Assembly (NCBI GenBank): GCA_937898095.1
Contig: CALDKR010000196.1
Location: forward strand, 1-33,158
Source of the DNA: an uncultured Rhodoluna sp.
Lineage (GTDB): Bacteria; Actinomycetota; Actinomycetes; Actinomycetales; Microbacteriaceae
Length of the DNA: 33,158 nucleotides
Reading direction: 5' to 3'
Shown here: positions 7,544 to 19,500 of the stretch, in pieces
How positions within the stretch are numbered: the stretch's first letter is position 1
Layout of the letters: the number at the start of each line of letters is the position of its first letter
Notes under the pieces: generated by a model
Databases searched by the model: none
Seen by the model: the letters and a program-made list of their open reading frames with translations, nothing else
Told to the model about the DNA's origin: nothing
Position numbers and translations under genes: made by a program

Positions 7544-10500
7544 CTAAATTATGCCTGCGAGTTTTAGGGTCACGATGAACATTACGACGCCACCGATTCG
7601 ATAAATCCATGCGAAACCTGGGCGACGCAGCAATCTGACTTCACCGTCGTTTCCGTGACGACCAATCATTCCCAAGAGGCTGAGCGCGAGCATCGGGATC
7701 GGCAGCAGCGCGAATGACCAATAGACCAGGTCGGCAGTTGGGCCGAACCAAGAGTTGACCAGTTCGGTGGTGAGAGTGGCCACGATCAGGGTTAGTGCCA
7801 AGCCTGGAACGCCAGTTGGCATGATTCGCCAGATCCACGGGAAGTTCGGGAATCGCTCGGCGTAGAAACCAATAACTGTTGGCAAAACAAACAGAATGCT
7901 TCCGACTACCACTCGCCAGTCTTCACCCATCAGCGCCGCAGTCACAAAAACGAAGGTCGCTAGGCGAAGTGCCACCGATGTCCACTTTTGAATTGGCACG
8001 GTTTCAGCAACCACGGTTGGGTGCAGACGGTCTAGGCGTCGAGGCGCAACACGAGCAACAGCCTCTTCTGCAACCACACGGATGGCAACTGCAGCTGCCA
8101 CCGCCAGGGCGAAATCATTGACATGGTTTGCCACTGAAAGCGTCACTCCGGCTAGCGCAGGCAAAGTGCTGATCATTGCCGATGTTGACCAACCAGCGAT
8201 GAATGGCAGCACGGCAAGATCAATAATTCGCTCCCACCAATAGCTGTCTTCTTCGTCAGGAACGCGTCGGAATGCACGGAATGCATTTGCCAGCAGCGCC
8301 GGACCATAGCCAACGATTATGACTCCCAGCAGCATGCGAATGTCGTCAAGTCCGAGGATGTATCCGTGCATTGCGATTGAACCAAGCACAAAAATGGCAG
8401 TGCCGACAAGGCCGGCGAAGGTGTCAAAGATTCCCAAAATTGCGATCGCCAAGAAGAGCTGCCAGGCCGGTGGCGCAACGTGGTCGCCATTAATTGCCAA
8501 ACCTGCGATGGCTAGCGCCGCCGTTGCAAGGGTTGGCAAAAGCGAGAATCCACCTGCAATCGCGCGCAGATAAGCACCGTCGACCAGAATGCGTGAAAGC
8601 AACGGCGAGAACCTTGCCGATGTCACAATCGCTTTGATGCTTGGGCGGTCAAGCCAGTTCATAAAGCGGCGGCGCCAGATCTTCCAGCGGTCAGCGCGAC
8701 CGCGGCGGCGCAATTCGTATTCTTCGTGAGCAGCATCGACAGTTGCCAGCGAGCCGCCCTCACTCGAACCGCCAGAGCCAGAGCCTGAGCCTGAGCCACC
8801 GGCGCGTGCGCCTGCGCGACCAGCTCGAGCTGCACCCGCCGCCGCTGCTGCCGCTGCGGCTGCGGCTGCGGCCATAGCAGCCGCGATTGCTGCGGCTTTG
8901 CCAACGGTGTCGGCAAGCTTGGCTGCACCCTCAGGCGTGGCTAGCGGGTCAAACGGAACCGATGGGTCACTGTCATTGCCGGTTGCCCCGATGCTTGGAT
9001 CGGCAACTGGCTGACCAGGAGTAATTATTGGCCAGTTTGGCAATAGTGGACCAAGACCGCCATCGCCATCGCCACCACCCGGCTGCGGAGCCGCGGTTGG
9101 GTTATCGGTCGGCGATTCGCTTGATGACGGCGATGCACTTGGTGAGCCGGTCGGGGTTGCCGATGATCCGCCGTTCGGGCGACCGCCATTGTTTGAACCA
9201 TTGTTTGAACCTGAGCTAGAACTCTGGCTCGGGGTCGGGCGCACGGTTGGTCTGCGGGTCGGGGTTGGGCTAACCGTAGGGGTTGGGGTCACCGTTGGAG
9301 TTGGAGTTGGGGTGACAATCGGTGCGCCGCCACCAGATGAAGGCGCCGCAGCAGTGGTCAAAATTCCGACGGAAGGTTCTCCGGTGCCGATGGCGTTGGT
9401 AGCTGTGACCGAAATCGTATAGGTCTTGCCATAAGCCAGGTTGTTCAATGAACACTTGGCCGGAACAGCGCTAACGCAAAGTGAGGTGCCGTTGACATCA
9501 ACGTCATAGCGCGTGACAACCGAACCACCATCGAAGGTCGATGGGCCCCATGAAACGTTCATCTTTAGGCCGGTCAAAGTTGCGTTCAAGCGGGTCGGCG
9601 CACCAGGAGCAACCTTAGGTGTCTGAACCGCCGTGGTTGAGTTTCCGGTTGAGTCAGTTGACGCTGTTGTGGTTACGGTCACAACCTTGAAGACGTATGC
9701 CGGGGTGGCAACTGGCGTCGGTGTAGGAGTCGGCGTGGTGACCGGGGCGGTGACTGCCGCAGCACTGAAGCGGATAGAAGCACGACCGAATCGACCAACT
9801 GTTGAATCGACAGATGCGCTGCTAAACGAGGCAGTCGAAGCGGTCGGACTTGCAGTTGCGGTGCTGGTTGCGGTCGGAGTCGGCGCAACTGGCAAATCAG
9901 CAGAATCAATAGTCACTTCACGAACACCGAAAGAGCTGACGGTGCCGATGCTTTGGGTGCTGAATGAGGTGGCCGACTTCAACTTTGCATAGATGTCATA
10001 GCTGATGAATTCACCGTCAATTGCCTCAGGCGCAATCCAAGAAAGCGTGAATCCACCGGCATTGTCAGGCTGAGCGATCAGATTAGTCACGGCCATCAAG
10101 CTTGGTGATGGAGTGAAAACCGGAGAGGCCGGTGAAGGCAAGCCGGTGCCGACACTGTTGATTGCCGAAACGGTCAGGGTGTATTCCACACCGTTTACTA
10201 GCCCGTAGATTCCGCAGCTTTGATAGCCGGTCGAGTTTTGTGGCTGGTCGCAAGCGGTTGAACGAACCACGCCAGCTGAGATGTCGCTGACCGGAGTCGC
10301 GACTAGCTCATAGGCAGTGATTGGCGAACCACCGTTGTAGGTCGGAACAGTAAAGGTTGCGGTCACGGCGCGGTTAGCCGTTGAGATCGAAGTGATCATC
10401 GGTGAACCTGGAAGATCGGCAACAACGCGGAACTGGCGCAAGACCGGAGTTGCCGGCAAGTAAACAGTCTGGTTGGTTCCAGGGACAACGGTGGTGCCGG

Positions 10501-13500
10501 CCTGAGTTGCCTCAATCTCACAGACACCAGCGTCAAGCAGGGTCACCAAACCGGTGGTTGCGTCAACCGCACAGACGCCTGCACCCGAGGCAGCACCTAG
10601 CGAAATTGCAACTGGCAATCCTGAGTTGGAAATTGGAGCGACGATTGGGCTGGCATCGCTGATGAAGACATCGGCGAGCGGCTCAAACATGATGGTCTGG
10701 TTTAGCGAGCCAACGGTGATGCTCTGGCGAGCAGGTGTTGCCGGGAAGTAGTCACTGTTTCCAGCCTGCGCAGCCTCAACAACACAGACGCCATCATCCA
10801 GGAATTTCACAGTGTCACCAGTGATCTCACAAATGCCTGCAGAGGCAGTGGTCACTGAATAGCTAACCGGCAATCCACTCGACGCAACTGCGACAACTTT
10901 GTATACCGAAGGAACGGTTGCGGTCGACTTGATTGGATACATCGGAATTGTCGAGGTGATGTCGACGCGCTGAATGTTCTTGGCGATGGTGATTGTGCCT
11001 TGAGCGCTCAACGGTGCAGTCAAGCTTGAGCCCTGAACCGGCGAAGCCTTGTAGTTGCGAGATGCGGCCTTTGAAACGCTGATGTCACAATCGCCGGCGC
11101 CGAGTGCCGTGATCACATTTGTAGATGTGTCTAGCGAACAGATTGTGCCCTCGCCGTTGATGATGCTGTAGGTCACGGCGCCATCACCTGAACCGCCAGC
11201 GCTGTGTAGGGCAGTCGTCTCGCCAATGTGCATGTTGCGAAGTGCAACTAACTCAATCGGAGCCATCGCAGTCTTGACCGTGGTGATGGTCTGCGATGAC
11301 GAGGTCGGCAAGAAGTTGTCGTTACCTGGGCGGGTCACAGTGACCACACAGTCGTCGCCAACCTGACCAGTGAAGACAGTAGAACCGGCAACCATACAGC
11401 CCTCGCCGCGAACCGAATAGGTCAAAGTTGTGATTGGCAAGTCTGCGATTCCAACTGCAGGCTGAGTGACGTCAAGAACCAGCTTCTTTGAGTATTCAGT
11501 CACAGAGGCGTTGTTGAAAATCAGCGGGCTCTGAGTTGCCTTAGCAATCGTGAAGCTCGTCGAGATGGTGTTCGACAAATAGTGACTATTGGTCGGAACA
11601 TACTTTTGAACCGTGCAGAGGCCGGCGCCAGTCACGGTGACCACACCTGAGGCTGAGTTCACGCGACATACGGCGTTTGAAACTGCAGGAATCGTTGAGT
11701 AGACCGGAACACCAGCACCGGTTTCAGTGAAGGTGCCGTTGCCCTGGCTTGCTGCGAGAGTGTCGGCCGCGGTTGCTGAATAGTCATCAGGGTTCTCGGC
11801 GGTGTTCACGCGTGGCTGAATGACGGCATCTTTGACATAGGTTGTGTCGTCATAGGCAAGCTCTAGGTCAGCAATCTTGGTCACGGTCACTCGAGTTTGC
11901 TGAGTGAAATTAACGTCGTTGCCGGCATCGAACTTGATTGTGTATTCAACACCAGGCTGGCCAACCATGCTTAGGCCACTGAAGGTGAAGACACCGGCAA
12001 CTGAGTTTGCCACCACGCTGCCGGTCATTGCACCAGCGGTGTGCGAGCTGCTCACTGGGTTGGCGTCAACAATCGATGCGGTCACTGCGCGTGGGTTGGT
12101 TTCGTTGTAAACCAAGTTCTCGAAGCGGTCGCGAAGTTCGAGCACCGGCTGCGTGGTCAAAACATCGCCAGACTTGGCAGTCACTGCACGCTGAACCAGC
12201 GTCACGTGGTCGGCCGCTGCCGGCACCAAAGTGATGGTGTTCGATTCGACAGTGGTGCGGTTAGAAATGCCCGAAAGCTCGCCGGTGAACACCAACTTGT
12301 AGGCACGTTGCGGCACACCAATTAGGTTCAGATCGGTGAAGCGAGCGACACCGTGAACCACAGTAATGACGTCAGTTGCATAGGCAGGGTTGGTGGAGTC
12401 GGTGATGGTTGCAGCGCCGGTTAGCGTGCCGTTGGCACCTTGCAGCGCGACTCTAAAGGTTGAGGTTTCGTCATTCTTGACAACGTTGCCATAGCGGTCC
12501 AGAACACGGATGACCGGCTGAGTGGTTAGGTTGTCGCCGGTGCGGTTTGCGACTGGCTGCGTCGAAATTTCAAACTCGAATGGATCATCGCTGGTGACCT
12601 GAATGGTTTGTGCGCTGTCGACCACAAGACTGTATTCGGAGTATCCCTGTTGGTTTGTAGTTGATGGCTGGGCTGGCACGACAGCGGTGAAGTGCAACTT
12701 ATAGAAGTCATCTGGAGAACCAAAGAATCGAATGTCGGTGAAACTGATCACACCGTCGTTAGCGCAAACCTGAGGCTCGCTCGACGAGCGCACGCCGGTT
12801 GAGGTAGCGAAATAGGCGTTGGTTATGCCGGTCGGAATTGATGCTGTCACGCAGATGTTGCCGGCGTTGTTCACGAGGTTGCCGTCGACATCGCGCACGT
12901 TAATCACCGGCTGAACCGCAAGGGCCTTGCCTGTCACGCCACCAAGAGGCTGAGTGACAACCTCGATGTGGTGGGCGGCTCCCGGGGCCACTCGGAACAA
13001 CGATGAAGTTGCAGAAAGAACGCTTGGTCCATTGAGCACATCGAAAACCAATGCATAGTCAACATTTGGCTTTGCATTGACCAGCAAGCCGATGAAGGTT
13101 GCGGTTCCGTTGCTGAATCGAACACTGGTCGATGCGCCTGAGGTCGCAAAAACGGTTCCGGCATCGGCGCCAGTTGAAGGCGTGATGCTGACGCCCACCT
13201 CGATTTCTGTGTGCGCGGTGACCGGGTTATCCCACTGGTCATAAACCTTGATTTGTGGTGCGGTGACCAGAACGTCGCCGGTGCGGTTTGCAACTGGCTG
13301 CTGCGAGACACGCAAGCGGTATGGGTCGCCGGCGAGGATCGCAAGGTTGCCCGACGGTGCAGTCTCAAGCGCGGTGCCGTCGAGCTTGAAAGTCAAGTTA
13401 TAGGTTTCATCAGTCTTTCCGGCAAGCGCAAGATCGCTGAAGTTTGCAACGCCGCTGGTCACTGTCAGCAACTGGGTGCCGCTCAAAGTGCCGTTTGCAC

Positions 13501-16500
13501 CGCCAGAAAGCACAGCGCTGATCTTGCTGGTGCTGTCACTGGTGACAACGTTATTGAAACGGTCGTGAATGGCGATGATTGGCGCGCGGCTTAGCAACTG
13601 GCCAGACTTCATGCCTGCTTGAGGCGCGGTCAGCACTTCTAGGTGATCGGCCGCAGCATGAGTCACGCGAATGATGCTTGAGTTGACAGCAGTGAAGCCA
13701 CTGATTTCAAACTTGATTCGATAGTCGCGACCCGGAACACCGACAACCTTGAGGCCAGTGAATTCGGCCTCACCCGACGCAGTGGTTGCCGAATTGGTCG
13801 ATGCGTCGACATATTCATTGGTCGCGCTTGCGACTGCAGAGCCGTCGGCGTTCACCAAAGTTGCGGTGACGGCAGAGTTGGCAAAACCGGTGACGGTGTT
13901 GCCGCTTGCGTCAAGCATTGCCACGTGAGGCATGGTGTTCAGAACATCACCGGTCATGCTGCCGCCGACTGGCTGAGTTGAAATTGAAATCGCGTTAGCC
14001 GTACCGTGTGCCAGCTGGATGGCCTGGGTTTCGGTTAGCACCTTTGGCACGAGGTTCGGGCCATTGGTAATAGTGGCGGTGTAGGTCAGGGTGTAGCTGC
14101 CGATTAGACCGTGGATGCCCAGATCGGTGATGGTCTTTGAGCCGCTGGTGGTGCTGGTTGAAGCACCGATGCCGAAGGTTGAGCCGCCGTTTGCGCTGGT
14201 GGCAGTGGTCACGATGCTTGCACTTTGGTTGGTGACCAGGTTGCCCATGAAGTCGGTGATTTCAAGAACCGGGGCCTGGTCAAAAGGCGCATCGGCGCGA
14301 GCGCCACTAGCCGGGGTCACGATGGTCAAGGTTGAGGCAACCGCTGGGCTGACCTTTAGCGGCACAACGGTCGAAGTGGCGTGACCAGAAACTGGCGAGG
14401 TAATCGCGGTGCCAACCTTGAAGACCAAGAAGTAGTCTTCGGCGGTTTTTCCGGTGAGCTTTAGGCCATCGAAGTCGACAACGCCGTTGGTGATCTGCTT
14501 GCGAATAACGCCTGAGATTGAGCCATTGGCTCCAGAGCTTGGGTCAAGCTCAGCCTCGACATAGTAGGTCGAGTCATCTAGGCGATAGCCGAATCGGTCA
14601 GTTAGTTCAAGCTGTGGCGAGGTTGCCAAAAGCTCTCCGTTGATGCCGCCGACTGGCTGACGGAGGTATGAAAGCGCGGCAGGGTCATTCGCTGTGAACG
14701 TGATGGTCTGTGAGTAGACCGGAGCACTGATGCCAGCAACGGTGAACTTGAGTCGATATGCAGCGCCCGGGAATCCCTTGACCTGAAGGTCAGTGAATCG
14801 TGCAACACCGTTGACCGCGGTCTTGGTCGGTGCGCTGGTGCGAACCGAATAGGTCGAGGTGAGCATTTCACCATCGGTGCGAGCTGCTGTTTGACCAACC
14901 GCCACGCCCTCAACGCTAGCCACAACATCGGTGCTGTTGTCGCTTAGAACCGGGTTGCCATCGGCATCGCGAAGCTGAATTGCAGGCTGAGTAACCAGCA
15001 AGTCACCGGTCTTGCCCGAGACAGGCTGGGTCGCAACGGCGAGCGCTGCTGGCAAACCAGCGGTTAGCTCGATGGCCTGATCGAAAGTCTTCTGGCCATA
15101 GTTGAGGCCGGCCGCCAAGGTGTAGCGCAAAGTATAGAAACCAGCTGCACCGCTGATGACTAGAGGGTCATCGCTTTGGGCGAGAGCATCGCGAACCGAG
15201 AAGCTGACCACGCCGTTGACGGCGTCACGAGTAACGTCACCGCTCAAAGTTGCTGCGGTCGCAAGGGCTGTGCCGTCTTGGGTGCGCAGCTCAACAGTGA
15301 TCTGACCATTTGAGGTGGTGACAACGTTGTTGGCGCCATCCATAATCTTGATAACCGGCAGAGTGCCAATTGCCATGCGTGAGCGAGCCTGGTCTGCAGC
15401 AACAGTCACATCAAGGTGGTCAGGCGCACCAGGCAACAATTCGAATGATGCTGGGTGTGCGCCGGTCAAAGTTGCGCCGTTCCAAGTTGCAGCGAACTGC
15501 AAGCGATAGGTTCCGGGAACACCAGAAAGCTTGAGTGCATTGAATGTCGCGATGCCGTTTGCTGCAGTCGCGCTTGCGCCGGTGACGGTCGCGGTGCCTG
15601 AGCTTAGCGAGGCAGTGACCACGGTTGAGCTGTCAGAGGTGGCCTGGTTGCCGAAGCGGTCAACCACCTTGAACTGAGGTGCTGGGCTCATCGCAGATTC
15701 GCTGTTTGCAGTTGTTGGCCAGGTTGCGGCAACCAACTCGATGGCAGCTGGGTCAGCGTGAGTCACGGTGATCACGGTGCTGTTTGTGACTGAACCGCCA
15801 CCGGCCAAAGTGAACTTCATCTTGTATGTGCCAGGCAGTGCGGTGAACGAAACTCCACTGGCAGTCACGACACCCGCTGACGCAGTGAAGCTATTCGCAA
15901 ATATGTAGGTTGGGTTGCCGCCACTGGTGGTGCTAACTAGGCTCACCGAAACCTGAGAGCTCGAGTCGTTTAGAACTTTGTTGCCGTAGGCATCGAAGAC
16001 TTCGACAGCAGGTGCCGGCGAGAAGACATCGCCGGTCTTGATGGTGCTCTGTGGGTCGGCACCAGACTTGACGTCAACGGTGGCAGGGTTTCCTGCGGTC
16101 AACACGATGGTCTGATCGATAGTCAACGCGGTTGAGTCATCAGTTGTAGTCGAGTAGGTAATGGTGTAGCTGGTTCCGCTGGCGTTTGCTGTTCCGAGCA
16201 GTCCCGCGTCTAGCGAGGCGCCTGAACCGAAGTTCGCAAAGTCGGCCTGACCGGTGGTTGCTGCCAAGTTGATGCTCTTGACCGGTGATGCGACGGTGCC
16301 GGACAGCCAGCTAATTGGGTCATTGTTGCCCACCGCTGCGGCTATTGATAGTGCTGCATCGTTGTGGCGAATGCCAGCATAGGTGAAGTTATCGGTCACG
16401 CGGTTGCCCTGTGCGTCGACCACGGTCAGCTTCGGCTGGGTGCCGAATTCAAGACCTGCACGAGCACTTTCAGCCGCAGCGGTTAGCGCCAATCGAGCTG

Positions 16501-19500
16501 CGATTCCGTGGCTCAGAGGCACATCTGCGGTGGTTGTCAAAGTGGTGTTGTCGATAGCGGCACCGATGTTGGTGGCGGTGAATGTGATGCCATAGCCACT
16601 CGCGCTAGCGGGACCAGTTAGCTTCAAGTTGGTGAAGGTCACGCGACCATCGGTTGCCGAAGAGGCGGTTGCTGTTGAGGTTAGGCTCAAGCCATTTAGC
16701 GGGCTGGTCAGCGTTGCAGCCAAAGTTGTGTTGGCGTCGGCAACCGGATAACCGAACTTGTCGACAATCTGAATAACTGGCTGGCCGGTCATAACCAAAC
16801 CGCTTCGAGCGCCTGACGGTTCGGTGACCCACTGCATAGATGCGGCTTCGCCCGGAGTGATTCTGAACGCAGCTGACTCGACCTTGGCCGAGGCGTTGTT
16901 TGCGTTTGCACCCGAGGTCAGAGTGAACAGCAACTTATAGCCGTTTGCTGGCGCACTGGTGAACTTGAGGTTTTCGAACTTAATCACACCGGCGAGCGCT
17001 GTTGCGGTCGCTGCTGCTGCGCGAACCGATCCGGTGGTTGAAACTAGAGCAACGCTTGCGGTTGACGAGCTGTCGATATCGACGAAGTTGTTCCACTCGT
17101 CATAGACCTTGACCGACGGTGCAAGATCAAAGACCGTGTCGACGGCAACGGTGGTTGGAGCCTGGTGGTTGCCCAACTTGAATGCCAAACCAGCCTTGAG
17201 CTCGATGGTTTGAGTAACTGGAGCTAGCCCAGTGACGGTGTATTTCAAGGTGTAAGTGCCAGCTGTTCCGGTTAGGCCGAGCTTCTTGTTCTCGCCATTT
17301 AGCTGATCAGCAAAACGAGCAACACCAGCGCTAGCAGCAGTGCCAGTGCGACCGGTTAGCAGCGCCGCAGATGCTGCGTTAGCACCGGTCAACTCAACGG
17401 TCACACCAGCGGTTGCATCGCTGCCGGTCTCGATCACGTTGTTTTGGCTGTCATAAATTGTGACCACTGGCTGAGTGTCGAACTCAAGACCCGCGCGAGC
17501 GCCAGCCGCATCAGTGGTCAGACCGATGTGGTGTGCAGCCCCGTGAGTCAGGGTTATGTCGGCGCTGTCTACATACGTGTTGTTAATCGCGATGCCGGTG
17601 GTGGCGTTGGTCGCCGTGAAGCGAAGCTTGTATGTGCCCTTCTTGGCCGAAATATTGACGTCATTGAAGGTGACCAGGGCGGTAGTGCTGTTGACCGACT
17701 TGGCGGTAGCAACTAGAACGTCGGTGCTCGCGGCATTCAGCAGCGAAACACTGACCGAGGTTGCTGTGCTGCCATAAACCGGATAACCGAAGCGGTCGAC
17801 AACACGCAGAACTGGCTGCTGCGCGAGGTCGATGCCGCTCTGAGCAGAACCAGGCTGAGTGACAAATTCAAGGTGATCTGCAGCGCCGTGAGTTAGCTCA
17901 AACACATTTGAGTCGAGCTCAGTGTCAGTGCCCGTCTTGCCGACCAACTTGAAGTGCAAGCTGTAGTCGGCGGCTGGCAACTCGCTGTAGCTGAGGTTGG
18001 TGAAGCGAATCACGCCGTTAGAGGCTGCGACCGGCGATGAGGTGGCAACGCTGGTGACTGAACCCGCCTTGTATAGCTTGACGGTTGCAGTTGAAACGTT
18101 GTCGTCGGTTACCTTGTTGTCGGATGCGTCGCGAACCTCAAGGTGTGGCATGGTCGAGAGCTGCTCGCCAACCACAATCGCGGTGTTGGCAGCCATCTGC
18201 TGAACAATGGCAATCTTGGCTGCAGCGCCCGGCGCAACATAGATGTCTTGATAGATGCTGCCGAGTGCGCCGAGCGGTGCGCCGACCGAATAGGTCACAC
18301 GATAGGTGCCCACCTTGGCACTTAGGCCTAGGCGGTTGGCGTTTAGCAAGCCAGAGTCAAAGTTGGCAACACCGGCGACAGCAGCCATCGAGCTTTGGCC
18401 GTTGGTGAATGTTGCAATTTCGGTGTTTGGCGAAACCGGCGCAACCGAAGCGGTGATGGTCGCGGTGCTGTCGACCACGTTGCCGTCGATGTCGAAAATC
18501 TTGATGACCGGCTGTGTGGTGAACTTTTGACCCGACTTGGCACCCTCGGCAATTGTTGTGGCAGCGATGTGATCTGCGGCACCCGCGGTTAGCTCAATCA
18601 AGTCGCTAAGCACGAAGGTTGCATTGACAGCCTTGCCGGCGTTTGCGGCAGTGAACTGCAGAACATAGTTTGCGACCTTGGCACGCAGAGTGAGCGAACT
18701 GAATCGCACTGAACCGCTGACCGCAGTTGCAGTCTTGTTGGTGAGCGAAGTCACTGCCCCGCCGGCTGTCTTGACCGATGCGGTGACTGTGGTTGCATCG
18801 TCGGCGGTCACCAGGTTGCCATAGGCATCGATGATTTCGATCGCCAATGCGCCGCCGGCAGATGTCTTGATCGCGGTGTTGTTTTGAACCGAAGCCCTTG
18901 GCTTGCCGTCGTTTGCACTGCTGGTTGAAGCCCAACGGATGCTAGCTGCGGCACCCGCAGTGATTTCGAACGCGCGCGACTGCTGGGTGGCGTCGGTGTG
19001 GTTTGAACCAACTAGCTTGAATTGCAGCTTGAAGCCGGTGGCCGGGGTCTTTAGATATTTGAGGCCAGCGAAAGTGACGTAACCGTTCGAGGCGGTGATT
19101 TGAGCGCCTGCGGTTTCGACAGTTGCATCTGGCAATACCAAAGCCACAGTGGCCTTTGAGCTGCTGTCGGTGTCGACTAGGTTGCCGGCTGAGTCGAGCA
19201 AGCGAACCTTTGGTGCAGTTGCGAAGACCTCATTGGTCATCACGGTGGTGTCGGGCTGCTGCTCGACTGCAATCTTCACTGCTGTTCCGGCAGTCAAAGT
19301 TACGGTTTCGAATGTTGAAATCTGAGTGCCGTTGAGGGTGTAGTTCAAACGGTATGTTCCGGCGGTGCCGGTGATGGTGACGTCGGTGAAGGTTGCGACA
19401 CCGCTGCTGGTGTTTGGCGATGTCGCGGTGGTCAAAGTTGCAGCGCTAGTTGCATTGCCTGAGGCGTCGGTCAGAGTTGCATCGATCGCGGTTGCGGTTA

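Noticed and set aside
334-7547. Small alternative-frame ORFs overlapping the housekeeping genes
   Set aside because: They overlap well-supported genes and show no protein-like features.
7542-7610. Longer 173-aa start for the TSP3-like protein
   Set aside because: It overlaps the giant gene's 3' end and buries the signal peptide. The ATG at 7541 (or 7523) gives a canonical signal peptide and stop-start coupling.
8775-8896. GCN and 6-mer tracts as a phase-variation switch
   Set aside because: The units are multiples of 3 and codon-mixed, so slippage would be infrequent and would not shift the frame.
7089-9000. LPXTG sortase signal or RTX/T1SS motifs
   Set aside because: There is no LPXTG before a terminal helix in either protein and no GGxGxDxL nonapeptide array. 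GGGDGDGG is a single low-complexity linker.
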